From the NCBI RefSeq assembly GCF_009914755.1, contig NC_060933.1: 64,000 nt of DNA; one strand, given 5' to 3'. The notes below the pieces were generated by a model that ran no database searches, was not told the origin of the DNA, and saw only the letters and a program-made list of their open reading frames with translations. Made by a program: the position numbers and the translations under genes. This document shows, piece after piece, positions 28,174 through 46,180 of the stretch. The stretch's first letter is position 1. Each line of letters opens with the position of its first letter. The stretch comes from the human T2T-CHM13v2.0 reference genome, Homo sapiens.

Positions 28174-29330
28174 GTATATATTATCCACCAATTAAAAAAA
28201 AATTAGGTACAACCCTAACCATAAACATCTGGTAGAGTCAAAAGTTTGCATATTACACTAAAATATTCAAAGAAAGTATAAGTTCTTTGTCTCATGATCT
28301 GTTCTTTCTCACGAATTCCCCTCCCACAGCTCTCTAGGTAGCTGGGAAACCTAGAACTGGAAATTTACAATATCTCAATCTTTTTTCCACTTTAATCTCT
28401 TTTCACATAAAATGTTGGATATATTTTAAGTTCACCTTCCTCTTAGAGATGGCTTAAAGTTTTCCTTATTTCTGGCTGCTCTTTTACTTTAGGTGAGTGT
28501 TTCATCTTATAGTGTCCTGAACCCTCCCTGTTCTTTATCCTGAGATGATTTCTGGATCTGATGACAAGGCTTCTTTGCATACTCTCAAAGCAGAGAGAAA
28601 AGGCGTAAGTTCCAGCAGGTGTCCTTGGATCCTCTCTTATCTTTACTGGGAAGCGTCCGATCTATTCTGATACTTGGACTGATCACTGTTGAGGTGTTAT
28701 TGGCCCCATCTAGAGCAAGGTGCTGCTGTTGAAAACTGGAATCCATGGTTCTGGTCATATGTCCCTGTTTGGAAAGCCCCTAAACACAGTGCTGTCTCTC
28801 AGCTCCTCAGTGTCCCCTCAGCGAGGCTCACAGAAACTTCTGGATTGATTACCTGACATAGCTACAGACAGCCCTGTCTTTCACCTATTTATTTCCTCCC
28901 CAGTCATCACTGCTGTGTATAACCCTACACCATATTGAAAGTAGCCTTGTGAGGAGACTTCTCCTGAAAGCATATGACCTTCCTCTACTATCCCCAAGGT
29001 TGCTGGTGACTGTCTCCTCTCTACATCCTCCCACCATATTTTTAAATTCTTTCATGTCTATCTGGATATTTCTGACTCATCTCCACCCACATCTTCTATT
29101 TTCTAACGGCTGTATGTCCCCTATGTCATATCCTGAGTTCTTTCTACTCCCTTTGTTCTAATTGTCTAGGACTGACACTAGTTATGAAAGGCACAAGCCA
29201 ACCTGGAACAAGAGCTCACCGTGAAAAAAAAAAATGCTGCACATTGCCCTAGTATCATCAAAATATTGTCCCATTACACACAAAATATTTAGTTCGGAGT
29301 CTGTCTTTTTAAGTTGGACAGTCAAACTAG

Positions 29331-29697
<367 letters not shown>

Positions 29698-30769
29698 CAG
29701 GCTTGCTAGCTCTTTAACCAATAGCAGACAGGGTGGCAAAAAGAGCCATAATGTAAATCCCAGCAGGGCAGCACCTTTTAGACAATGTGATGCCCATACT
29801 AGTCTGATTAGGCTGGCAAAGTTGTGACTCAAAGTCTTTTAAAAAATGGGGGAGGGAGAAGAGGAGTACTAGGCATGATTACACAAACTTAAAGTAGGAA
29901 ATTAAATTCACCAGCATCAAGTAAAAAAATCTCAAAATGCTTAAAGATTGAAAATAGAGACATTTCTATTATAACAGTTACCTGAGAATACTCTCCTTAT
30001 GGAGAGAGGGGCTTATTGGACAGAACCGACTAATCTGTGTTCTCCTCACCCCATCAACATCATATAACACCATCCCAAGGTACCATCATACTGTCCTGAT
30101 ATCCCCAAGGAAAATTAATCAAAAAATTATAATAATCAAAATTAATATAAAACATCGAAAGTACAAAATTTCAACTACTTTCCCTGTGAAATTTTGACCA
30201 AGGCTCTATTTGTTGTGTAACAACTTAAAGATCACATATTTTTCATCATGATGTAATATAAATACCAAGAAAGGCCATATCCCCACCTTCCTTGTTTTAG
30301 CAGACAGTCATTGCCATTTCATTGTGGTACATTTCACAGCCCTAATGCAATCACAACCAGGAGCCATTTATGAATTAAATTACTCTAGCATTGCCTAAAT
30401 TTCTGTGAGAAAGCAGATTTACCCCCCTTGAATGTTATTAGTGCAATCCTGGAATTATTTGTGTTTTCAACTAGTGAGACCGAATATAACCTTTCTGCTA
30501 AAATTCTGGCAAAAAGACACAGCAATATGTCTAACTTACACATTTGTGTTCATGTTCAATGCAAATGCCTTGGCAAGGAAACTTAGGTCAGAGGCTCCAA
30601 TCAATCACTGGGATTTGAGACCTTGACTGGACTCTGCAATAGGAACTCATTTGTGGCCTGAACCCTCTTTATTAGACATGTCCACATAATACCAAGCAAT
30701 GCCCCATTTGATCAGTTGAAGCAACTGACCAGGTCAGGTTGTTGTTTCTTGTCTTGCTTCTGTTTGTTT

Positions 30770-31290
30770 AAATAAAAGAACTATAGCACGGCAGATAAAG
30801 TTTAAGCCCCTTTTGTTACCCCTCACAAGAGCATTTATTCCTCTTCCTCTTCCTCTCTCCCAAAGCTACCACACTCAGGAATTTACTGTGTATCCTATTT
30901 CATATGTTTACAATTTTATTACATCTATATGTGTCCCCAATACATTTTTAAATGCTGTCATATAGTCTGTATGATTCTGCAACTTTTCATCCATTCAACA
31001 TAATGTTTATGAGATACACCCATGTTGACACATGTAGACTTAGTTCATTTTAACAGCTACATTTGAATTCCATCACAAGCATATAGCACAATTTATATAT
31101 CCATTCTCCTATTAATGGACATTTCAGTTGTTTCTAATTCTCCTCTATTACAGACAATGCTGCAATGAATGTCCTTGTTCAGATCTCCTTGGTGTACATG
31201 GGCAGGAACTTCAGTAGGGAATCGCTAAAGGCAGGATTTCTGGGTCCTAGAGCATATGGAGTTTCTACTTTCTTAGTGGATATTGACAAA
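30770..31290 (-). mobile_element. L1ME-type relic
   Basis: ccatgttg...atccattctcctatt.atggacattt..gttgtttc.a. Confidence 0.7.
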
Positions 31291-31399
31291 TTAATTTAAA
31301 TTCAAGTAAAATAGGATCTTTACTGTAGCTTATACAGCCCACTCCCTTTTTTTTTAATTTTTTCATCTGGGTGTGCAGTTTGTATCCCAAATAACACGG

Positions 31400-32770
31400 G
31401 CAGAACAGGACTCTTTTTTCCATATCTTACCCTGCAGTCAAATTGTTCATCCCCTAGGCTTTTCCATTTTCATTGATGATACAACCATCCATCAGCTCAA
31501 CTGCTCAAGCCTAGAACCAGGTGACATACTTAACTCCAAACTTCCTCTCACCTCCCACATCCCTTTCATTTCTCCCCACCACCACCATCAACACCAGTCT
31601 CCCATCGTCATTCCCATCTAAGTCACCATCATCTCTTGTGGACCTCTGTGCTAGCCCTTGACATTCTTCAGAATTTCATTCTGCCTCTCAACACTTAGCA
31701 GCCAGAGTGAGTTTTTTTTGAAACATAAATCTGAGCCTGTGTTCTTCCTTGTTTAAAATCACCCATTGTTCTTGGAACAAAATCCATACTTCTTAGCCTA
31801 TAAGGCCCTACATCATTTGAGCTTGTTCCCTTCACCTAATCCACCTAGGCCCACTCTCCCACTCCACTGCTCTCAGTCCATGCTGGTCCTCTATGCTCAC
31901 ACCTGCCAAGCCAACTCCTGCCTATGGATTATTATAATATTTCCTTATTATTTTATTTTTAATTTACACATAATAGTTGTATATATTTATGGGATATATA
32001 GTGATGTTTCAATACATATGCTGTATAATGGTTAGATCAAGGTATTAGCATATCCATCGTCTTAAACATGTATCATTTAACATTCAATATTCTCCTTCTA
32101 GCTATTTGAAACTATATATTATTGTTAACTATAGTTATCCTACAATGCTATAGAGCACTACAACTTATTGCTCCTATCTAGCTATAATTTTGTTTACTTT
32201 AACAAATCTCTCCCTACCCCCTCTTCCTCCAATCCTTCCCAGCCTCTGGTATCCTCTGTTCTACTTTTGATTTCTATGAGACCAACACTTTTAGCTTCCA
32301 CATATGAGTGTGAGCATGTGGTGTTTAACTTTCCATTCCCAGCTTATGTCACTCAACATAATGCCCTACAGTTCCACTCATGTTGTTGCAAATGACAGTA
32401 TTTCATTCTTTTTATGGCTGAATAGTATTCCATTGTGTATATACCATTTCCTAGAATGTTCTAAATTTTTGCTGGGCTGGCTTCTTCTTGTCCTATAGGT
32501 CTCAACATAAATATCATTTCATTGAGAGGCTGCTCCTAATCACTTAACCTATAGTAGTTCTATTGCAATATCCCACTTTAATTTTGTCAGAGTTATCATA
32601 TTTTCTTGTGTTTTGACTTGATTTAATAGTAATTTTCTTATTCTTCCTTTTAGAAAGTAAACTCCATTAGAAAGGAAACTTGTCTGCCCAAGGTTTCATC
32701 TGTATCATCTACAATAGCACATGGCATATAGGAGATGCTTTGTGATTATCTGGTCTGTGAGTGAGTGAAT
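31400..32770 (+). mobile_element. L2 relic interrupted by L1MA
   Basis: gcagccagagtga..ttt.gaaacataaatctga, aaaatccatact; resumes at about 32450 and ends tagcacatggcatataggagatgct. Confidence 0.65.
31945..32447 (-). mobile_element. L1MA-type 3' end
   Basis: acataatagttgtatatatttatggg..atagtgatgttt...ttagcttccacatatgagtg..aacatg..ttttatggctgaatagtattccattgtg. Confidence 0.88.
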
Positions 32771-33559
32771 AGTAATTCAAGAGAATTTTTCATTTTTCTG
32801 TGGCTTAGAGTTGTCTGTACACAGACAAATATTTAATGGACATGTTTAGGATGCTTTCATATGATAAATTTGGAGAACATATGATGTCCCTTGTTTTCTC
32901 CTTTAACTGATTTTTAAATTCAACTTTCTCAAGCTTCTTTAGCCAGAATAGGGTATCCCTTCTGTGGTATCCTGAAGCATTTTAATAGCCATTCCTAATA
33001 TCTTCTATGGTACTGCATTGTGGTAATTTATTCAAATGTCTGTTTTCCACACTGTGCTGAGAGTTCCTTGAGAAAGGCACAGTGCTGGGTCCATTTCTGT
33101 ATCCCCAGAGCTCAGTGACTTGAGTGAATGAATGATGGCTAAACGGGTGGATAGATGAAAAATGTCTGCCCAGTTTTGCCATGATGGTCAGAACCAAAAC
33201 TACAAAAAATAAAAGGAGACAGACCTACATTACTCTCCAAAAGAGGGAGCAATAGAGTTATTATCACCTGGATAGTTCTCAAGATCTGCAAATCGAGCAA
33301 AGCCAGGAAATTCAAATTTTTGCCAGATAAGCCCTTGGCTTGCCAAACATATTTCTGTTTAAATCATTTATGATTCTGCTTATAGTACATGATAAACTTT
33401 TTGTTTTATACATCTCTTATTTTAGCATTCCATATTCTTATAAACATTTACAAAATCTTTCTTTCTGTGCTATGGATATTGTGTTGTGATTCTGCTGCTA
33501 AATTTGCTACTTTTTAATTAAATCAGTTTGGTTGTCATCTTACTAAGTCACTTCTTTCC

Positions 33560-34340
33560 ATTTTTCTCCCAAACGTTTATTACTAAATTTTCAAGCACAC
33601 AGAAAAGTTGGAAAAATTGTACAATTAGCATTCACATATTCACCATCTGAATTCAATAATTATCTTGCCATATCTATTTTATATCTCTATATACATATAT
33701 ACACATGTATTTATATTTTTGCTATAAGTAAATTATAGGAATTATGATACTTCACCACTAAATATTTCAACCTACATCTCCTAAAAACAAAAGCGTTAAT
33801 TTACATAATCTCAGTAGCATTATTTTATCCAGAAGATCAATAGCAATTCCCTACATCAGTTAATAACTAGTCCATATTTAAATTTTCCCCAATTGACCCC
33901 AAATTATATTTTATAGATTTTTTTTCAAACTAGGACCCATGAAGGCTCACACATTTTTCTTGGTTTTTATGTCTCGTGTCCCTTTTACTCTACAGAAGCC
34001 CCTCTCACAACTTTTGTTGTTGTTGGTGTTGTTGTCATTACACTGACTTTTTGAAGAGACCCGATCAGTTGCCTTCTAATAGATCTACATTCTGGATTTG
34101 CTTCAGGATTTCTCTGTGACGTCATTTAGCTGTTTTCTCAGCTACCTGTGTTTCCTCTTATTTAGAAATTAAGAATAGAAGCTTGATTGGATTCAGGGTA
34201 AATATGTTTTTTGTAAGAATAATGGTGATGCTAAGTATTCCGTATCTTTACAGAAAGCACATAATGTCAAGCTGCTCTATGATTACTGATGTTAAATTTG
34301 ATCACTCCATTATAAATCTAACATTTTGCTTTTACAATGA
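33560..34340 (-). mobile_element. Old L1MC/ME 3' region
   Basis: aaattttcaagcacacagaaaagttg.aa.aattgtacaa, gactttttgaagag, gatgttaaatttgatcact. Confidence 0.65.
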
Positions 34341-34454
34341 ACAATTAGTTGCAACACAAGCACTTAATAGAGCTGTCATCAGTGAAATGCCCACTATGTC
34401 CAGGTGCAGTGCTAACAACCCTTCATAACAATCCTAGGAGGAAGAATAACTTCA

Positions 34455-35997
<1,543 letters not shown>

Positions 35998-36297
35998 GAT
36001 GAAGAAACTGAGGCTCCAATAGGAGAGAATCTGCTCTCAAAGCTATATCCCCTACAACACTAATGGATGTATATGGAGGAGGCAATGCAGTATTTTCTGG
36101 TTCCTAATCCGTTTCCTTGGTTTACCTAAGAACAACCATGGTAAGACATGGTCAGAAAATAGTAATTATTCTTTTTCTGAAATGAGTAGTTGAGTCTTTT
36201 TAACTAAAAACTCTTTAAAAATAACTTTAGATATTTTAATTCTTATTTCAGCACTTTCTACATACAAGTGTTTACTTCCACGCTCTTGAATGCATGA

Positions 36298-36633
<336 letters not shown>

Positions 36634-36958
36634 TGATAGAAGTAGAAATTAACATTTTATCTTACATAGTTATTCACATTAAACCACAATTGTGGAAACC
36701 CATTTTCCTACTTGAATTTGGTAGACAGGAAATCAGGAACATAAGTGATACTATCTTCCCCTTACAGGTGTGAGAATTATAGAAATCACAGGAAAATCTA
36801 TCTCAGGTTTCAATGATAATAAAAGTATTAATTACTACAATTATATAAGCATTCTCTTCCATGTTTAGGGGGAAAGGAGACACTCAACATTTCAGATGCA
36901 AACTTTTCCTTTCCTTTTCCCTCACACAGACTCAACCTAAAAAAAAAAGACCCTTCCC

Positions 36959-37392
<434 letters not shown>

Positions 37393-37479
37393 CTATTATG
37401 TGAGAATTTACATACTTACGTTTTAAAAAAAAGTCCTTATACTTAGAAAGGTTGGGAAATACCAGACTGGTCTATACTC

Positions 37480-39010
<1,531 letters not shown>

Positions 39011-39544
39011 CTACCATCTAAAATGTTGGGTTCTTATACTACATGTATTTACTTAGTGTATATGAAGGAATTTTGACTCTCTTCCCTCATTATCACTTTA
39101 CTTCTTGTTGGTAGCAGAGTCCAACTCTCAACCCAAAAGGCTTGGCTGAGTCCTGGTACCTTGCTAGCTCTAGTCTGCACCCATCCCTGAAAAGCTAAAT
39201 GCTGCCCACATTTTACAGTCATTTTCCAGGCAAAACTGCCACATAAAATTGTGTAGTTTGTGCACTACATACATTCACAACAGAACCTGTGTGGAGATCC
39301 TGTTCCAAGCCCCTCCTTTATAGCAAATGATCACCTGAATTTAGAATGCCACAATATACCACTGAAGCTTCAGCCACATTAAATGAATTGGGCCCTCTTG
39401 CATGATGAGATTGTTCAGTTTTTAAGCCTTGTTGGTATTTCTTTAGAAAATTATATTTTGATCAAATAGTTGGCTAGCCCTCTCAGGGATGAGCCTATGG
39501 CCAGCAAGATACAGCAATGTGTGTTAAAACAAACAAACTAACAA

Positions 39545-39740
39545 AAACAACTTGCATTTTGAAGTCAGCCAGATCTGGGTTTGAATTTTTGTTCTGCTAA
39601 TTGTGTAGCCCTAGGCAAGCTTCTTAATCTCTTTGATCTTCATTTTACTTCTTCATTGGATAGCAAAACTTAACTTACAGGGAGATCATAGTATTAAATA
39701 AGTTAATATATGTAGACCACCCAGCACTGACCCTGACTGG
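39545..39740 (+). mobile_element. MIR
   Basis: ttttgaagtcagccagatctgggtttgaat...ctaggcaag.ttcttaatctct. Confidence 0.72.
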
Positions 39741-40729
39741 TTTATGTTTGCTCTTCCTCCTCATTGTAGAGGAACAGCACAGGGCGCTTTGTGGCACAAG
39801 GTGCCATAGATTAAGGTGCAACAAACACATATCATCTATTTACTTGACAATTCTATGTACTCATCTCATCTAGGCATCTATGACATCCAGGGCATCAAAG
39901 AGGACATTGGTTATAAATTTTCTAGTTATATGCCCTAGGTTCAAAGGAAGAGGAGCTTCAAGCTAAAATTATTGCCATTCACATTTTTTGGTTTTGCTGC
40001 AATATTCTCTTGCTTACTTACTGTTTTCATTGTGTAAGTTCTTAGCAAACATTTGATTTCTCTCAGCTGCCACTGTTTCTCTCACTGCCATTGCTACTAT
40101 AAATACTGGGACTAATTGGAGGAATGAGAGGCTTTAGGATTCTCTTGTCTGTAATAATTCATATTATTTTTTAAAAAACACAAAGCAAGGCAGCCCAGAC
40201 TAGAGATTCTTGAAGACACAGGGTCCACAGGATCAAAAATGGCATTTGGGAACAGTAAGGGACAATGTTTCAGGGTTTTGTGAGCAAGCTGGTGGTAGAG
40301 CTGGAAGGATGTTTCAGTGGCAGATGGAATGTGTTTCCTCTGTGGAGAGAATAACTATCATTCCTTTGAACTAGTGTTCCAGGTAAATCTTTGAACAATT
40401 CATTTGAGAAAACATAACAAGGTTTTTAATAGTTAAACCTTCTCAGAAGAGCCCCGTCCAGTGTTTTCCTGCCAGACCACACTGCCACATGAAAGGGGAA
40501 ACTAACTTATGTTAATGTCCAAAAGGCTGGGCTCTGGGAAAATAAAAGAAACCAAAAGACGAAAAGATGAGTGTCAAGAAATCCATGAAGGATTTTTCAA
40601 GCTAGTTGAATTGCTTATGCCAACTTCAGTCCTGATTCCATACTTAGCATGAAGAGGCAATGAACTCAGTGGGAGGGACATGAATTTGCTGCGACAGAGG
40701 TAATGAGTTGGAATCCCACCCCCCAGCAC

Positions 40730-41083
40730 TATGGCAGTCACTAAGGCTGTGCACAGATAGTCTAGTTCTCGCTCCTGGGCTGCAGCCTAAGTTTGACCAA
40801 TGAAATGTGAACACAGTAAGGCAAGTCACTTCTGAATGGCAGATTTAAGAGCAGATGCATCCTCTTTCTTTTGCTGTTATGATACCCAATATGCCAATTC
40901 TTGCTTCCCTGTTAGCTTGGGCCCCAGGGTGTGGAACATGATGATGCAGAGCCAGCCTCCCAGGGACTCTCAATCCCACATTCAAGTAGCATAAGAGGGA
41001 AGTAAACTTTTATTATTTGGTGTCCCAAAGACTTTGGGGTTGTTTGTTACTGCCACATAATTTAGTCTACCCTGATGAATACA
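40730..41083 (+). mobile_element. MLT1I/J-type LTR
   Basis: tgaccaatgaaatgtga..gtcacttct..atttaagagc...ttggggttgtttgttactgc..ataa.tagtcta.cctga.aataca. Confidence 0.75.
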
Positions 41084-42539
41084 AACACTTTCTGCAGATT
41101 ATTGAGCATAACTCTTGTTCCTTTAAACATCAGGTTTCTCATTTCTAAAATGGCAATATCTGTAAAAATAGCTACACTTGTCCAACAGTCTAAAATTTGC
41201 ACATAAACAGTAAATCCTTTTAACAATGGCAATTCTTTTCCTTGCCAGATCTCCATTAAAAAGGATGGAAGAATTTGTCTTCCCAAAGTGACTTCAGAAC
41301 ATATTTCCTTCACAAAGGCTAGCCTTGGATGATAAGAATAGTACCAAAGATAACAAAAATCTCCAATGAACTTTATCATCAGGCTTTCATTAAGGAGCAG
41401 AATCCACTGCTTAAACATTAGCTGGTAAAATCTGAGGCTTAAAACTAAAGAATTTTATAGTTGAAAAGTGTCATATCCAAGAGATTTGCATCTCAATGAC
41501 CAGCCGAGTAGGAGCTAATAGAGCAGCAGAACATCTGGCCAGAGTACTTTCCTGTTCCCAAACCTGAGAGGACGTCTTGCTACCTGCAAGGCTCTGTGAG
41601 CCAGAGTACAACCAGGAAACTTGAGCCTTCCATCTGGCACTATTAAATATCCGTCCTCACTGCTCCCCACTATTGGATTTCATTCTTTGCGTTATATGTG
41701 TATGTCTGTGTCCCTTAGTAGACTAAATTTCCAGACCACCTTCTTTTCCTACGGGCAGTTCCTATTACAGCATCTATCATGGACGGTCACTAGGTCAGAC
41801 TTTAAGCATTTCCTGTGAGTGGGGACCTTACTGCCTCCCAAGACTTTTCTATCTATGAAAAGAGTCTTCTTATTTTACATATCAGGACAGACCTCCTTAG
41901 AATGCTCCCCTACTTCAAGTCCCATCTCCTAAAATAAAACGGAATACTTCTGCACTCTCTTCTAGGGACATTAGGAAGACAATTATCATGTTGACCTTTA
42001 ATCTTCAGCTCTCTTCATGGGCTGTAATGTCTAGACATCTCATCACTTCTATCAGGTCTAGACTCTAGTTTTCACAGTCCCTCTTAAAATATGGTGCATA
42101 GACCTAGTCTGTCAAGTAACGTACAATTACTTTGGTACAGAAATAGCATCTATTATGGTAATGGTTAATTCTTCAATGACTGACAAGATTTCTGGCTCAT
42201 TACAGAGACTCAACAAATAAAACTAAATAAATTCATAAGTATAAACAGTACCCTCTGATGTGGTCTATGCCAGTTCATCTGAGACCACATCTTTTTATCA
42301 TGACCACAGACCTCTGTCCCACCAGTTTTCACTGTACTTCCTTTTCCATGTGTGACCACATAGGAAAACATCTGACTGTTCTGTATCTTATCAAGCAGTA
42401 GACTGCATGTGTCACAATCATCTTCCTAAGCACTCTATGCAGCTGCTTTGCTGGCCTCCTCCCTGCTGTCATACCCTAGGAACTATCTCAGGACCTGCCA
42501 CATCCCTGGGCAACCAAAGTGGAAAGTAGGGTCTTTCCC

Positions 42540-43200
42540 TGGCCTAAAAAATTCTACAAGGTCTGTTCCCTGCCTCCTCTAGACTCGTCTCATTTCATCC
42601 ACATACCTCCACCTGCACCTCCACCCTCCACCCTCCACCCTGCAGCTGTGCTCCAATCATACTGCTGTCTTCTGGCTCCTTGAAGATGCCATGTTTCTTT
42701 CTGCCTCAGGGCCTTTGCACATGCTGTTCCTTCTGCCTGAAAAAATCTCTCTCTCCCCTTCTATTCCCCTTCATCTAGTTAACCCTTGCACACATCTGCA
42801 CTCAAACATCATTTTCTCAGAATAGTCATGCCAAACTGACACTCTAGGGCTGGGTGTTATTTGGTCTTCCTAGCATTGTATACTTCTTTTTCAGAGAATT
42901 AATCATAGTTCATAATTATGCAGTTTTTATGTTCCTCTCTAAGTTTTGTGAGTGCAGAAACTTTACTTATCTTGATCATTGCGTGGTACTCAGTGTCTAA
43001 AAGAGCACCAGACATGTAGTAGATACTCGAGAACTATGTGTTAAAAGAATGTGTCTGCAACTTTCTCCTTAACTTGCAAGCTGCATGAGGGTGGATAGTG
43101 TTATTTTTGCAGATCATTGTGTGCCTTAGGGAGGACCTACACAGTAGCTGGCACAAAGTAGGTACTCAATAATGTAAATAAATAAAGAAGGAAGGCAAGA
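42540..43200 (+). mobile_element. L2 3' relics
   Basis: ctgcctcagggcctttgcacatgctgttccttctgcctg; tggcacaaagtaggtactcaataa. Confidence 0.8.
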
Positions 43201-43644
43201 TGAGGGGAAGGAAGAACATGATTAAGACACATAACCAGTAATAACACCTCCTTTACTCTCAGAAGTGTCTCAGTTTGGACAATAAATTACATGGTCACTG
43301 TATTTATGTCTTATTAATGTTTTGAAGATTTTTTAGGTCAGAGAGCAAGGTATGTGAAATAAATTAGGACTTGGAAATGTGCCTTATCTCTACAGAGGAG
43401 TTACAAGGCAGTCAGGAAGCCAGATAGGACAATTCCATTTCTTATGGTCCCTAAGAAGTCACAGGAGTCTTACAGGTGTTCTGAGTCTCAAAATGGGCTG
43501 TCTCTATCCACCTGCTTGTGGAAGCTCAGATCTGAACTTGATTTCTTTTTTATATTAGTGGAAAACCAACATATCTCCAAAACATTTCCCTACCCTATAG
43601 CATACACACACACACACCACACACACACAGATGAAAGATGTCTT

Positions 43645-43980
43645 GGCTCGGCTCAGTGGCTCATGCCTGTAATCCTAGCACTTTGGGAGGCCAAGGCGGG
43701 TGGATCACCTGAGGTAAGGAGTTCAAGACCAGCCTGGCCAACATGGTGAAACCCCATCTCTACTAAAAATACAAAAATCAGCTGGGCGTGGTGGTGGGCG
43801 CCTGTGATCCCAGCTACTCAGGAGGCTGAGGCAGGAGAATTGCTTGAACCTGGGAGGCGGAGGTTGCAGGTTGCAGTGAGCTGAGGTTATGCCACTGCAC
43901 TCCAGCCTGCAGGATGGGAGTGAGACTCCATCAAAAAAAAAAAAAAAAAAACAGAAAGAAAAAGAAAAAGAAAAAGAAAG
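43645..43980 (+). mobile_element. AluSx-like with internal 7-bp duplication
   Basis: Full dimer, ggttgcaggttgcag, A/(GAAAAA)n tail, TSD gaaagatgt. Confidence 0.96.
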
Positions 43981-44172
43981 ATGTGTGAGTCCATCTTGGC
44001 TGCTATAACAAAATAACACAGACTAGGAGGCTTATAAATAACAGGTTTATTTCTCACAGTTCTGGAGTCTGGGAAGTCCTAAATGAAGGCACTTGCAGAT
44101 TTGGTTTCTGGTCTGGGCCTTCTTGCTGTGTCTTCACATGGTGGAAGGGGTGAGGGATCTCTCTTGAGATCG

Positions 44173-44453
<281 letters not shown>

Positions 44454-44561
44454 AGAGACCTCTTTTATAAGTATCCTACTCCTGTTCATGAAGGCAGGGC
44501 CCTTATGACGTAATTACCTTCCAAAGGCCCCACCTCCAAATGCCATCACATGAGGGATTAG

Positions 44562-44828
<267 letters not shown>

Positions 44829-45375
44829 AACATGTGAATTTTGAGGGGGCACAAACATCCAGTCAATAACAGGGGAAGGCAGAGAAGAGAAATATGTGAC
44901 TTTTTATGTTTTCACCCATCTCCAAAAGTCATGGCTTATGACCTGAAACTTTCCCTGTAAAGCTAGTTCATATTCCCTAGGACAAGCCTGATGAAAATCA
45001 TGAAAGAGAGAGGTATGTTTGAGCCCAAATCTAAAGAAATCAAAATTATTCTGTCTTGTCCCTCTCCCTCACCTTATAGTAAAGTTTTCAGAGCTGAAAT
45101 TCTGAACTAGTTTGTTATCAAGTTTAATAGAGAACAGAGTTCATTCCTGACACTTAAGTTCTGGGAACCAACATAGTTCTCAGAGTCCAAAATCTATCTC
45201 CCAGTGTCCAGTGTAGTTTTTTTTCCCCAAAACTTCTTGCCACCTTGGACTTATCTCTCTATGTACTATAGTGATAGTTTACTGTAGCTAGGGTGCCCAG
45301 GGAGTCACTTAGACCCACTCCTTTCACATTTCAGTGTGAGTTGCTGAGCATATTCAACAGGAGCAGATACTTTCC

Positions 45376-45408
45376 ACACACAAACACACACACACACACA
45401 CACACACA
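45376..45408. repeat. (CA)n microsatellite
   Basis: Direct reading. Confidence 0.93.
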
Positions 45409-45559
45409 GCCCTTACCAATGCGTCTCAGTTCCTTTGAATATGAACACATATATGCTTACATTTAACCATAGGAATGTTTATAGGAATAAATGTTGCCAC
45501 TCATGATATATAGACGTGGTTCGGCAAACATATATATCTACATTTTATTCATATATATC

Positions 45560-46180
45560 AATTCATTCATTCATTCAACACATATATACTAAATGTTTTC
45601 TGAACCTAGCTCTGTTCTAGTTGCTTAGAACATTAGTGAACAAATATAGTTTGTTTCATGAACAGACCAGAAAAATAGCCCTGTCCCTCCTAGAGTTTAC
45701 ATTTCAGCTAGCGGGGGTTGATGGAAGGGGAGGAGAGTAATGATAAAAAGTAAATGTAATAAATAAGTAAATTATATGATATCTTATAAGGTAATAAGTT
45801 CTAGAATAAAGTAATTTAGATAAGCACATGGGCTGGAATGAGTGGGCTGCAATTTTAAATAGAATGATTGAGTGGTTATGTAGATTTCATTGAGAAGCTA
45901 ATATTTGAACAGAGACTTAAAAGAAGTGATAAAATAGTCCTCATGATATCTCATGGCTTTGGTGTCTTCTCTGGTCTCATGACCTAAGATCCATAGTCTG
46001 GTGGATCTGATATGGGTATTTCATTTACAGGGAGCAACCAGTACAAAAAACTCTAAGGTGAGAATGTACTTGACATTTGTGGGACAGCAGGGAATAGTTT
46101 GGAATATAATGATGGAGGGAGAAATATTACAGTCATAGGGGAAATAGTCAGGGATGATGAGGACCAGATCATGTAACTCA
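45560..46180 (-). mobile_element. L2a relic
   Basis: attcattcattcattcaac, ccctgtccctcctagagtttacatt, tgcaattttaaatag, atttgaacagagactt. Confidence 0.78.

Noticed and set aside
28540-28570. TGATGA/CTGA snoRNA-like boxes (also near 58538)
   Set aside because: No properly ordered C and D boxes with a terminal stem
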